Assembly: GCF_009914755.1 (NCBI RefSeq)
Contig: NC_060948.1
Reading direction: 5' to 3' (one strand)
Length of the DNA: 64,000 nt
DNA from: the human T2T-CHM13v2.0 reference genome, Homo sapiens
Made by a program: the position numbers and the translations under genes. The notes beneath the pieces were generated by a model. That model did not search any database, was not told the DNA's origin, and worked only from the letters and a program-made list of their open reading frames with translations. Shown here one piece after another: positions 21,495 through 40,826 of the stretch; position 1 is the stretch's first letter; the number at the start of each line of letters is the position of its first letter.

Positions 21495-23597
21495 AGATCC
21501 ATATTTTTTAAATGAAAAAAAATTTCAAAGGTACTCTGCTTGGTACAATAATCAAATGTATAAACTGAGGAATAAAACATAACCATGAAACCTACTTATA
21601 ACTGCATATGGAAAATACAGAGGATAATTTTTTAAATAACATATTTTGAAAGCCTTAACTAGTAATTTGAAGAGTTGGCATTTGAAAGGCCAGTATGAAT
21701 ATACCTTCAAAGCAGCAACACAGGTTCCCCATGAGAAAAAGCAAACTCAGGGAAAATAAAACCACAAAGGTTCAATCTCTTCTGACCTTTGAAAGACACA
21801 GCACAGACAGTGGTCCTTAGGACGAAGAGCAGGAGACCCCTAATTCCGTCACCATGGCGATAGGGCATAAACACTGCTGGGTGAGGGCACAATCCACATT
21901 GTGAGGTCCAACTGCTGCCAGGAAGACAGGAGTGTTTTTACATAGACCGAAAGGTCATTGAAGGCTCAGAGTTTTGTTTCAAGAACTGAATCCCAAGCCC
22001 ACACGTTATTAGGCTGCGCTTCTTAAAACAAGTTATGAGATGGGAAAAAGGGCACCCACAAACATACGTATACATTATGTATATAATAATATACAGTATC
22101 ATATATATAATATATATAACCTATGTATAATATTGTTTTACATCCTGCATCTTATATTATATATATTGTATAAAATATAATTATTGATAATATATAAATT
22201 TTATATTTATACAATATGACATATAGTATATATTATAATTTATGACATATATAATATATGTTATATATCATATATAGAATATATTATAGGGTTAATATAC
22301 GTATTAAATATAAATTATACATTATATGTATTATATATAATATTTCTGTTATATATAATACCCATTATGCATAATATATATATTATGTGTATGTTATGTA
22401 TAATATAAAACAACATATAATAATATATAATTGTATATATAAAATGCGACATATAATATATATTATATTTTATGACATATGTTATAAATATTATATATTA
22501 TATATAATACGTTGTATGTGTAATACCTATATTAAATATATATTATATGACTATGTTATTAATTACATGTCACATATGTTATATATTATATATTTTACAT
22601 AGAATATACCGGTTACATACAATATATACTATGTTACCTATAATGTATAATTTATTACATGTAAAATAAAGAATGCAATATATTATGTATAATTTATAAT
22701 ATACAATATGTGGAATGTGATATATATAACTTATAATATATGATATATGATATAAAGTATATGATATATAACATACAATATATGATACTTAATATATGGT
22801 ATACAATATATATTTTATGATATGCATTCTATATGTTTTATATTCTGTTATGTATAACTATTTGAAATTATATATAACTGTATAATATTTTATGTAAATA
22901 TGTAATATAATATATATAACTATATAATATATTATATATAAGTATATATTTTGTTATATATACTTTTAAAACATAATTTACGTAAAATATCATTGTATAA
23001 TATATATTATATTATTTCATATTACATAATATATATTACATATCACCCAATATAAGTAACATACATAATATTATAATATGGATTATATTATGTTATATTA
23101 AATATCATATATATCATGTATCATATATTCTATAATATATATTATACATTATATAATATGTATGTTGTCTATTATGTGATATATATAACTATATATATAA
23201 TTATATTATTATACATATAACTAGATAAACATGTAATTCTACATATTTTCATTTATAATATATAGAATTATATAATCATATATAATTATTTATATTCTAT
23301 AAAAAATTATATCATTATATAAATTATAATATATAAAAATTATAATATGTATTACAAATATATATATTATATATCATATATGATATAGTACCTTTGTTAT
23401 ATATCATAATACATATAAATGTGTATTATGTTATCTATAATTATATAATTTCATATATAAGATGTATAATATGTATTATATATTATATATGTTATGTAAT
23501 ATATATAGTATATATAAGATGACACAGGATAAATATTATATACTATGACATATAAAATATATGAGGTTATATGTTACATATAAGGCATAGCACATAA

Positions 23598-23912
<315 letters not shown>

Positions 23913-26005
23913 AGATCCATATTTTTTAAATGAAAAAAAGTTTCAAAGGTACTCTGCTTGGTAAAATAATCAAATGTATAAACTGAGGAATAAAACATAA
24001 CCATGAAACCTTCTTATAACTGCATATGGAAAATACAGAGGATAATTTTTTAAATAACATATTTTGAAAGCCTTAACTAGTAATTTGAAGAGTTGGCATT
24101 TGAAAGGCCAGTATGAATATACCTTCAAAGCAGCAACACAGGTTCCCCATGAGAAAAAGCAAACTCAGGGAAAATAAAACCACAAAGGTTCAATCTCTTC
24201 TGACCTTTGAAAGACACAGCACAGACAGTGGTCCTTAGGACGAAGAGCAGGAGACCCTTAATTCCGTCACCATGGCGATAGGGCATAAACATTGCTGGGT
24301 GAGGGCACAATCCACATTGTGAGGTCCAACTGCTGCCAGGAAGACAGGAGTGCTTTTACATAGACCGAAAGGTCATTGAAGGCTCAGAGTTTTGTTTCAA
24401 GAACTGAATCCCAAGCCCACACGTTATTAGGCTGCGCTTCTTAAAACAAGTTATGAGATGGGAAAAAGGGCACCCACAAATATACGTATACATTATGTAT
24501 ATTATAATATACAGTATCATATTTATAATATATATAACCTATGTATAATATTGTTTTACATCCTGCATCTTATATATATTGTATAAAATATAATTGATAA
24601 TATATAAGTTTTATATTTATACAATAAGACATATAGTATATATTATAATTTATGACATATATAATATATGTTATATATCATATATAGAATATATTATACG
24701 GATAATATACGTATTAAATATAAATTATACATTAGATATATTATATATAATATATCTGCTATATATAATACACATTATGCATAATATATATATTATGTCT
24801 ATGTTATATATAGTATAAAACATCATATAATAATATATAATTGTATATAGAAAATGCGACGTTTAATATATATTATATTTTATGACATATGTAATATATA
24901 TTATATATTATATATAATACGTTGCATGTATAATACCTATATTAAATATTTATTATATGACTATGTTATTAATTACATGTCACATATGTTATATATTATA
25001 TATTTTACATAGAATATACCGGTTACATACAATATATACTATGTTACCTATAATGTATAATTTATTACATGTAAAATAAAGAATGCAATATATTATGTAT
25101 AATTTATAATATACAATATGTGGAATGTGATATATATAACATATAATATATGATATATGATATACAGTATATGATATATAACATACAATATATGATACCT
25201 AATATATATGGTATACAATATATATTTTATGATATGTATTCTCTATGTTTTATATTCTGTTATATATAACTATTTGAAATTATATATAACTGTGTAATAT
25301 TTTATGTAAATATGTAATATAATATATAACTATATAATATATTATATATAACTATATATTATGTTATATATACTTTTATAACATAATTTACATAAAATAT
25401 TATAATATAATATATATTATATTATTTCACATTACATAATATATATTACATATCACCCAATATAAGTAACATCCATAATATTTTAATATAGATTATATTA
25501 TGTTATATTAAATATGATATATATCATGTATCATATATTCTATAATATATATGATACATTATATAATATGTATGTTGTCTATTATGTGATATATATAACT
25601 AAATATAATTATATTATTATACATATTACTAGATAAACATGTAATTCTACATATTTTCATTTATAATATATAGAATTATATAATCATATATAATTATTTA
25701 TTTTCTATAAAAAATTATATCATTATATAAATTATAATATATAAAAATTATAATATGTACTACAAATATATATATTATATATCATATATGATATAGTACC
25801 TTTGTTATATATCATAATGCATATAAATGTGTATTATGTTATCTATAATTATATAATTTCATATATAAGATGTATAATATGTATTATATATTATATATGT
25901 TATGTAATATATATAGTGTATATAAGATGACACAGGATAAATATTATATACTATGACATATAAAATATATGAGGTTATATGTTACATATAAGGCATAGCA
26001 CATAA

Positions 26006-26320
<315 letters not shown>

Positions 26321-28421
26321 AGATCCATATTTTTTAAATGAAAAACAATTTCAAAGGTACTCTGCTTGGTACAATAATCAAATGTATAAACTGAGGAATA
26401 AAACATAACCATGAAACCTACTTATAACTGCATATGGAAAATACAGAGGATAATTTTTTAAATAACATATTTTGAAAGCCTTAACTAGTAATTTGAAGAG
26501 TTGGCATTTGAAAGGCCAGTATGAATATACCTTCAAAGCAGCAACACAGGTTCCCCATGAGAAAAAGCAAACTCAGGGAAAATAAAACCACAAAGGTTCC
26601 ATCTCTTCTGACCTTTGAAAGATACAGCACAGACAGTGGTCCTTAGGACGAAGAGCAGGAGACCCCTAATTCCGTCACCATGGCGATAGGGCATAAACAT
26701 TGCTGGGTGAGGGCACAATCCACATTGTGAGGTCCAACTGCTGCCACGAAGACAGGAGTGCTTTTACATAGACCGAAAGGTCATTGAAGGCTCAGAGTTT
26801 TGTTTCAAGAACTGAATCCCAAGCCCACACGTAATTAGGCTGCGTTTCTTAAAACAAGTTATGAGATGGGAAAAAGGGCACCTACAAACATACGTATACA
26901 TTATGTATATAATAATATACAGTATCATATATATAATATATATAACCAATGTATAATATTGTTTTACATCCTGCATCTTATATTATATATATTGTATAAA
27001 ATATAATAATTGAAAATATATAAATTTTATATTTATACAATATGATATATAGTATATATTATAATTTATGACATATATAATATATGTTATATATCATATA
27101 TAGAATATATTATACGGTTAATATACGTATTAAATATAAATTATACATTATATATATTATATATAATATATCTGCTATATATAATACCCATTATGCATAA
27201 TATATATATTATGTCTGTGTTATATATAGTATAAAACAACATATAATAATATATAATTGTATATGTAAAATGCGACATATAATATATATTATATTTTATG
27301 ACATATGTAATATATATTATATATTATATATAATACGTTGTATGTACAATACCTATATTAAATATAAACTATATGACTATGTTATTAATTACATGTCACA
27401 TATGTTATATATTATATATTTTACATAGAATATACCGGTTACATACAATATATACTATGTTACCTATAATGTATAATTTATTACATGTAAAATAAAGAAT
27501 GCAATATATTATTTATAATTTATAATATACAATATGTGGAATGTGATATATATAACATATAATATATGATATATGATATACAGTATATGATATATAACAT
27601 ACAATATATGATACCTAATATATATGGTATAAAATATATATTTTATGATATGTATTCTCTATGTTTAATATTCTGTTATATATAACTATTTGAAATTATA
27701 TATAACTGTATAATATTTTATGTAAATATGTAATATAATATATAACTATATAATATATTATATATAACTATATATTATGTTATATATACTTTTATAACAT
27801 AATTTACATAAAATATTATAATATAATATATATTATATTATTTCACATTACATAATATATATTACATATCACCCAATATAAGTAACATACATAATATTTT
27901 AATATAGATTATATTATGTTATATTAAATATGATATATATCATGTATCATATATTCTATAATATATATGATACATTATATAATATGTATGTTGTCTATTA
28001 TGTGATATATATAACTAAATATAATTATATTATTATACATATTACTAGATAAACATGTAATTCTACATATTTTCATTTATAATATATAGAATTATATAAT
28101 CATATATAATTATTTATATTCTATAAAAAATTATATCATTATATAAATTATAATATATAAAAATTATAATATGTATTACAAATATATATATTATATATCA
28201 TATATGATATAGTACCTTTGTTATATATCATAATACATATAAATGTGTATTATGTTATCTATAATTATATAATTTCATATATAAGATGTATAATATGTAT
28301 TATATATTATATATGTTATGTAATATATATAGTATATATAAGATGACACAGGATAAATATTATATACTATGACATATAAAATATATGAGGTTATATGTTA
28401 CATATAAGGCATAGCACATAA

Positions 28422-28736
<315 letters not shown>

Positions 28737-30829
28737 AGATCCATATTTTTTAAATGAAAAAAAGTTTCAAAGGTACTCTGCTTGGTAAAATAATCAAATG
28801 TATAAACTGAGGAATAAAACATAACCATGAAACCTTCTTATAACTGCATATGGAAAATACAGAGGATAATTTTTTAAATAACATATTTTGAAAGCCTTAA
28901 CTAGTAATTTGAAGAGTTGGCATTTGAAAGGCCAGTATGAATATACCTTCAAAGCAGCAACACAGGTTCCCCATGAGAAAAAGCAAACTCAGGGAAAATA
29001 AAACCACAAAGGTTCAATCTCTTCTGACCTTTGAAAGACACAGCACAGACAGTGGTCCTTAGGACGAAGAGCAGGAGACCCTTAATTCCGTCACCATGGC
29101 GATAGGGCATAAACATTGCTGGGTGAGGGCACAATCCACATTGTGAGGTCCAACTGCTGCCAGGAAGACAGGAGTGCTTTTACATAGACCGAAAGGTCAT
29201 TGAAGGCTCAGAGTTTTGTTTCAAGAACTGAATCCCAAGCCCACACGTTATTAGGCTGCGCTTCTTAAAACAAGTTATGAGATGGGAAAAAGGGCACCCA
29301 CAAATATACGTATACATTATGTATATTATAATATACAGTATCATATTTATAATATATATAACCTATGTATAATATTGTTTTACATCCTGCATCTTATATA
29401 TATTGTATAAAATATAATTGATAATATATAAGTTTTATATTTATACAATAAGACATATAGTATATATTATAATTTATGACATATATAATATATGTTATAT
29501 ATCATATATAGAATATATTATACGGATAATATACGTATTAAATATAAATTATACATTAGATATATTATATATAATATATCTGCTATATATAATACACATT
29601 ATGCATAATATATATATTATGTCTATGTTATATATAGTATAAAACATCATATAATAATATATAATTGTATATAGAAAATGCGACGTTTAATATATATTAT
29701 ATTTTATGACATATGTAATATATATTATATATTATATATAATACGTTGCATGTATAATACCTATATTAAATATTTATTATATGACTATGTTATTAATTAC
29801 ATGTCACATATGTTATATATTATATATTTTACATAGAATATACCGGTTACATACAATATATACTATGTTACCTATAATGTATAATTTATTACATGTAAAA
29901 TAAAGAATGCAATATATTATGTATAATTTATAATATACAATATGTGGAATGTGATATATATAACATATAATATATGATATATGATATACAGTATATGATA
30001 TATAACATACAATATATGATACCTAATATATATGGTATACAATATATATTTTATGATATGTATTCTCTATGTTTTATATTCTGTTATATATAACTATTTG
30101 AAATTATATATAACTGTGTAATATTTTATGTAAATATGTAATATAATATATAACTATATAATATATTATATATAACTATATATTATGTTATATATACTTT
30201 TATAACATAATTTACATAAAATATTATAATATAATATATATTATATTATTTCACATTACATAATATATATTACATATCACCCAATATAAGTAACATCCAT
30301 AATATTTTAATATAGATTATATTATGTTATATTAAATATGATATATATCATGTATCATATATTCTATAATATATATGATACATTATATAATATGTATGTT
30401 GTCTATTATGTGATATATATAACTAAATATAATTATATTATTATACATATTACTAGATAAACATGTAATTCTACATATTTTCATTTATAATATATAGAAT
30501 TATATAATCATATATAATTATTTATTTTCTATAAAAAATTATATCATTATATAAATTATAATATATAAAAATTATAATATGTACTACAAATATATATATT
30601 ATATATCATATATGATATAGTACCTTTGTTATATATCATAATGCATATAAATGTGTATTATGTTATCTATAATTATATAATTTCATATATAAGATGTATA
30701 ATATGTATTATATATTATATATGTTATGTAATATATATAGTGTATATAAGATGACACAGGATAAATATTATATACTATGACATATAAAATATATGAGGTT
30801 ATATGTTACATATAAGGCATAGCACATAA

Positions 30830-31144
<315 letters not shown>

Positions 31145-33245
31145 AGATCCATATTTTTTAAATGAAAAACAATTTCAAAGGTACTCTGCTTGGTACAATA
31201 ATCAAATGTATAAACTGAGGAATAAAACATAACCATGAAACCTACTTATAACTGCATATGGAAAATACAGAGGATAATTTTTTAAATAACATATTTTGAA
31301 AGCCTTAACTAGTAATTTGAAGAGTTGGCATTTGAAAGGCCAGTATGAATATACCTTCAAAGCAGCAACACAGGTTCCCCATGAGAAAAAGCAAACTCAG
31401 GGAAAATAAAACCACAAAGGTTCCATCTCTTCTGACCTTTGAAAGACACAGCACAGACAGTGGTCCTTAGGACGAAGAGCAGGAGACCCCTAATTCCGTC
31501 ACCATGGCGATAGGGCATAAACATTGCTGGGTGAGGGCACAATCCACATTGTGAGGTCCAACTGCTGCCACGAAGACAGGAGTGCTTTTACATAGACCGA
31601 AAGGTCATTGAAGGCTCAGAGTTTTGTTTCAAGAACTGAATCCCAAGCCCACATGTAATTAGGCTGCGTTTCTTAAAACAAGTTATGAGATGGGAAAAAG
31701 GGCACCTACAAACATACGTATACATTATGTATATAATAATATACAGTATCATATATATAATATATATAACCAATGTATAATATTGTTTTACATCCTGCAT
31801 CTTATATTATATATATTGTATAAAATATAATAATTGAAAATATATAAATTTTATATTTATACAATATGATATATAGTATATATTATAATTTATGACATAT
31901 ATAATATATGTTATATATCATATATAGAATATATTATACGGTTAATATACGTATTAAATATAAATTATACATTATATATATTATATATAATATATCTGCT
32001 ATATATAATACCCATTATGCATAATATATATATTATGTCTGTGTTATATATAGTATAAAACAACATATAATAATATATAATTGTATATGTAAAATGCGAC
32101 ATATAATATATATTATATTTTATGACATATGTAATATATATTATATATTATATATAATACGTTGTATGTACAATACCTATATTAAATATAAACTATATGA
32201 CTATGTTATTAATTACATGTCACATATGTTATATATTATATATTTTACATAGAATATACCGGTTACATACAATATATACTATGTTACCTATAATGTATAA
32301 TTTATTACATGTAAAATAAAGAATGCAATATATTATTTATAATTTATAATATACAATATGTGGAATGTGATATATATAACATATAATATATGATATATGA
32401 TATACAGTATATGATATATAACATACAATATATGATACCTAATATATATGGTATAAAATATATATTTTATGATATGTATTCTCTATGTTTAATATTCTGT
32501 TATATATAACTATTTGAAATTATATATAACTGTATAATATTTTATGTAAATATGTAATATAATATATAACTATATAATATATTATATATAACTATATATT
32601 ATGTTATATATACTTTTATAACATAATTTACATAAAATATTATAATATAATATATATTATATTATTTCACATTACATAATATATATTACATATCACCCAA
32701 TATAAGTAACATACATAATATTTTAATATAGATTATATTATGTTATATTAAATATGATATATATCATGTATCATATATTCTATAATATATATGATACATT
32801 ATATAATATGTATGTTGTCTATTATGTGATATATATAACTAAATATAATTATATTATTATACATATTACTAGATAAACATGTAATTCTACATATTTTCAT
32901 TTATAATATATAGAATTATATAATCATATATAATTATTTATATTCTATAAAAAATTATATCATTATATAAATTATAATATATAAAAATTATAATATGTAC
33001 TACAAATATATATATTATATATCATATATGATATAGTACCTTTGTTATATATCATAATACATATAAATGTGTATTATGTTATCTATAATTATATAATTTC
33101 ATATATAAGATGTATAATATGTATTATATATTATATATGTTATGTAATATATATAGTATATATAAGATGACACAGGATAAATATTATATACTATGACATA
33201 TAAAATATATGAGGTTATATGTTACATATAAGGCATAGCACATAA

Positions 33246-33560
<315 letters not shown>

Positions 33561-35661
33561 AGATCCATATTTTTTAAATGAAAAACAATTTCAAAGGTAC
33601 TCTGCTTGGTACAATAATCAAATGTATAAACTGAGGAATAAAACATAACCATGAAACCTACTTATAACTGCATATGGAAAATACAGAGGATAATTTTTTA
33701 AATATCATATTTTGAAAGCCTTAACTAGTAATTTGAAGAGTTGGCATTTGAAAGGCCAGTATGAATATACCTTCAAAGCAGCAACACAGGTTCCCCATGA
33801 GAAAAAGCAAACTCAGGGAAAATAAAACCACAAAGGTTCCATCTCTTCTGACCTTTGAAAGACACAGCACAGACAGTGGTCCTTAGGACGAAGAGCAGGA
33901 GACCCCTAATTCCGTCACCATGGCGATAGGGCATAAACATTGCTGGGTGAGGGCACAATCCACATTGTGAGGTCCAACTGCTGCCAGGAAGACAGGAGTG
34001 CTTTTACATAGACCGAAAGGTCATTGAAGGTTCAGAGTTTTGTTTCAAGAACTGAATCCCAAGCCCACACGTTATTAGGCTGCGCTTCTTAAAACAAGTT
34101 ATGAGATGGGAAAAAGGGCACCTACAAACATACGTATACATTATGTATATAATAATATACAGTATCATATATATAATATATATAACCCATGTATAATATT
34201 GTTTTACATCCTGCATCTTATATTATATATATTGTATAAAATATAATAATTGATAATATATAAATTTTATATTTATACAATATGACATATAGTATATATT
34301 ATAATTTATTACATATATAATATATGTTATATATCATATATAGAATATATTCTACGGTTAATATACGTATTAAATATAAATTATACATTATATATATTAT
34401 ATATAATATATCTGCTATATATAATACCCATTATGCATAATATATATATTATGTCTATGTTATATATAGTATAAAACAACATATAATAATATATAATTGT
34501 ATATATAAAGTGCGACATATAATATATATTATATTTTATGACATATGTAATATATATTATATATTATATATAATACGTTGTATGTATAATACCTATATTA
34601 AATATAAATTATATGACTATGTTATTAATTACATGTCACATATGTTATATATTATATATTTTACATAGAATATACCGGTTACATACAATATATACTATGT
34701 TACCTATAATGTATAATTTATTACATGTAAAATAAAGAATGCAATATATTATGTATAATTTATAATATACAATATGTGGAATGTGATATATATAACATAT
34801 AATATATGATATATGATATACAGTATACGATATATAACATACAATATATGATACCTAATATATATGGTATACAATATATATTTTATGATATGTATTCTCT
34901 ATGTTTTATATTCTGTTATATATAACTATTTGAAATTATATATAACTGTATAATATTTTATGTAAATATGTAATATAATATATAACTATATAATATATTA
35001 TATATAACGATATATTATGTTATATATACTTTTATAACATAATTTACATAAAATATCATAATATAATATATATTATATTATTTCACATTACATAATATAT
35101 ATTACATATCACCCAATATAAGTAACATACATAATATTATAATATAGATTATATTATGTTATATTAAATATCATATATATATTGTATCATATATTCTATA
35201 ATATATTTGATACATTATATAATATGTATGTTGTCTATTATGTGATATATATAACTATATATAATTATATTATTATACATATTACTAGATAAACATGTAA
35301 TTCTACATATTTTCATTTTTAATATATAGAATTAGATAATCATATATAATTATTTATATTCTATAAAAAATTATATCATTATATAAATTATAATATATAA
35401 AAATTATAATATGTACTACAAATATATATATTATATATCATATATGATATAGTACCTTTGTTATATATCATAATACATATAAATGTGTGTTATGTTATCT
35501 ATAATTATATAATTTCATATATAAGATGTATAATATGTATTATATATTATATATGTTATGTAATATATATAGTATATATAAGATGACACAGGATAAATAT
35601 TATATACTATGACATATAAAATATATGAGGTTATATGTTACATATAAGGCATAGCACATAA

Positions 35662-35976
<315 letters not shown>

Positions 35977-38075
35977 AGATCCATATTTTTTAAATGAAAA
36001 AAAATTTCAAAGGTACTCTGCTTGGTACAATAATCAAATGTATAAACTGAGGAATAAAACATAACCATGAAACCTACTTATAACTGCATATGGAAAATAC
36101 AGAGGATAATTTTTTAAATAACATATTTTGAAAGCCTTAACTAGTAATTTGAAGAGTTGGCATTTGAAAGGCCAGTATGAATATACCTTCAAAGCAGCAA
36201 CACAGGTTCCCCATGAGAAAAAGCAAACTCAGGGAAAATAAAACCACAAAGGTTCCATCTCTTCTGACCTTTGAAAGACACAGCACAGACAGTGGTCCTT
36301 AGGACGAAGAGCAGGAGACCCCTAATTCCGTCACCATGGCGATAGGGCATAAACATTGCTGGGTGAGGGCACAATCCACATTGTGAGGTCCAACTGCTGC
36401 CAGGAAGACAGGAGTGCTTTTACATAGACCGAAAGGTCATTGAAGGCTCAGAGTTTTGTTTCAAGAACTGAATCCCAAGCCCACAAGTTATTAGGCTGCG
36501 CTTCTTAAAACAAGTTATGAGATGGGAAAAAGGGCACCTACAAACATACGTATACATTATGTATATAATAATATACAGTATCATATATAATATATATAAC
36601 CCATGTATAATATTGTTTTACATCCTGCATCTTATATTATATATATTGTATAAAATATAATAATTGATAATATATAAATTTTATATTTATACAATATGAC
36701 ATATAATATATATTATAATTTATTACATATATAATATAGGTTATATATCATATATAGAATATATTATACGGTTAATATACGTATTAAATATAAATTATAC
36801 ATTATATATATTATATATAATATATCTGCTATATATGATACCCATTATGCATAATATATATATTATGTCTATGTTATATATAGTATAAAACAACATATAA
36901 TAATATATAATTGTATATATAAAACGCGACATATAATATATATTATATTTTTTGACATATGTAATATATATTATATGTTATATATAATACGTTGTATGTA
37001 TAATACCTATATTAAATATAAACTATTTGACTATGTTATTAATTACATGTCACATATGTTATATATTATATATTTTACATAGAATATACCGGTTACATAC
37101 AATATATACTATGTTACCTATAATGTATAATTTATTACATGTAAAATAAAGAATGCAATATATTATGTATAATTTATAATATACAATACGTGGAATGTGA
37201 TATATATAACATATAATATATGATATATGATATACAGTATATGATATATAACATACAATATATGATACCTAATATATATGGTATACAATATATATTTTAT
37301 GATATGTATTCTATATGTTTTATATTCTGTTATATATAACTATTTGAAATTATATATAACTGTATAATATTTTATGTAAATATGTAATATAATATATAAC
37401 TATATAATATATTATATATAACTATATATTATGTTATATATACTTTTATAACATAATTTACATAAAATATCATAATATAATATATATTATATTATTTCAT
37501 ATTACATAATATATATTAGATATCACCCAATATAAGTAACATACATAATATTATAATATAGATTATATTATGTTATATTAAATATCATATATATCATGTA
37601 TCATATATTCTATAATATATTTGATACATTATATAATATGTATGTTGTCTATTATGTGATATATATAACTATATATAATTATATTATTATACATATTACT
37701 AGATAAACATGTAATTCTACATATTTTCATTTTTAATATATAGAATTAGATAATCATATATAATTATTTATATTCTATAAAAAATTATATCATTATATAA
37801 ATTATAATATATAAAAATTAAAATATGTACTACAAATATATATATTATATATCATATATGATATAGTACCTTTGTTATATATCATAATACATATAAATGT
37901 GTATTATGTTATCTATAATTATATAATTTCATATATAAGATGTATAATATGTATCATATATTATATATGTTATGTAATATATATAGTATATATAAGATGA
38001 CACAGGATAAATATTATATACTATGACATATGAAATATATGAGGTTATATGTTACATATAAGGCATAGCACATAA

Positions 38076-38390
<315 letters not shown>

Positions 38391-40511
38391 AGATCCATAT
38401 TTTTTAAATGAAAAACAATTTCAAAGGTACTCTGCTTGGTACAATAATCGAATGTATAAACTGAGGAATAAAACATAACCATGAAACCTACTTATAACTG
38501 CATATGGAAAATACAGAGGATAATTTTTTAAATAACATATTTTGAAAGCCTTAACTAGTAATTTGAAGAGTTGGCATTTGAAAGGCCAGTATGAATATAC
38601 CTTCAAAGCAGCAACACAGGTTCCCCATGAGAAAAAGCAAACTCAGGGAAAATAAAACCACAAAGGTTCCATCTCTTCTGACCTTTGAAAGACACAGCAC
38701 AGACAGTGGTCCTTAGGACGAAGAGCAGGAGACCCCTAATTCCGTCACCATGGCAATAGGGCATAAACATTGCTGGGTGAGGGCACAATCCACATTGTGA
38801 GGTCCAACTGCTGCCAGGAAGACAGGAGTGCTTTTACATAGACCGAAAGGTCATTGAAGGCTCAGAGTTTTGTTTCAAGAACTGAATCCCAAGCCCACAA
38901 GTTATTAGGCTGCGCTTCTTAAAACAAGTTATGAGATGGGAAAAAGGGCACCTACAAACATACGTATACATTATGTATATAATAATATACAGTATCATAT
39001 ATAATATATATAACCCATGTATAATATTGTTTTACATCCTGCATCTTATATTATATATATTGTATAAAATATAATAATTGATAATATATAAATTTTATAT
39101 TTATACAATATGACATATAATATATATTATAATTTATTACATATATAATATAGGTTATATATCATATATAGAATATATTATACGGTTAATATACGTATTA
39201 AATATAAATTATACATTATATATATTATATATAATATATCTGCTATATATAATACCCATTATGCATAATATATATATTATGTCTATGTTATATATAGTAT
39301 AAAACAACATATAATAATATATAATTGTATATATAAAACGCGACATATAATATATATTATATTTTTTGACATATGTAATATATATTATATGTTATATATA
39401 ATACGTTGTATGTATAATACCTATATTAAATATAAACTATTTGACTATGTTATTAATTACATGTCACATATGTTATATATTATATATTTTACATAGAATA
39501 TACCGGTTACATACAATATATACTATGTTACCTATAATGTATAATTTATTACATGTAAAATAAAGAATGCAATATATTATGTATAATTTATAATATACAA
39601 TATGTGGAATGTGATATATATAACATATAATATATGATATATGATATACAGTATATGATATATAACATACAATATATGATACCTAATATATATGGTATAC
39701 AATATATATTTTATGATATGTATTCTATATGTTTTATATTCTGTTATATATAACTATTTGAAATTATATATAACTGTATAATATTTTATGTAAATATGTA
39801 ATATAATATATAACTATATAATATATTATATATAACTATATAATATATTTTATATAACTATATATTATGTTATATATACTTTTATAACATAATTTACATA
39901 AAATATCATAATATAATATATATTATATTATTTCATATTACATAATATATATTACATATCACCCAATATAAGTAACATACATAACATTATAATATAGATT
40001 ACATTATGTTATATTAAATATCATATATATCATGTATCATATATTCTATAATATATATGATACATTATATAATATGTATGTTGTCTATTATGTGATATAT
40101 ATAACTATATATAATTATATTATTATACATATTACTAGATAAACATGTAATTCTACATATTTTCATTTATAATATATAGAATTATATAATCATATATAAT
40201 TATTTATATTCTATAAAAAATTATATCATTATATAAATTATAATATATAAAAATTATAATATGTACTACAAATATATATATTATATATCATATATGATAT
40301 AGTACCTTTGTTATATATCATAATACATATAAATGTGTATTATGTTATCTATAATTATATAATTACATATATAAGATGTATAATATGTATTATATATTAT
40401 ATATGTTATGTAATATATATAGTATATATAAGATGACACAGGATAAATATTATATACTATGACATATAAAATATATGAGGTTATATGTTACATATAAGGC
40501 ATAGCACATAA

Positions 40512-40826
<315 letters not shown>

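Noticed and set aside
22387-22602. Ile/Tyr-rich ORFs in the AT-rich block (also 24594, 29418, 46190)
   Set aside because: These are translations of TA-rich low-complexity DNA, opened by chance loss of a stop codon in single units.
26764-26976. 70-71 aa ORFs present in only some units (26764, 31588, 34004, 41270, 45719, 52971, 57806, 60225) and the 61-aa ORF at 38421
   Set aside because: They appear and disappear with single substitutions that track the variant blocks. They are useful as lineage markers but are not genes.
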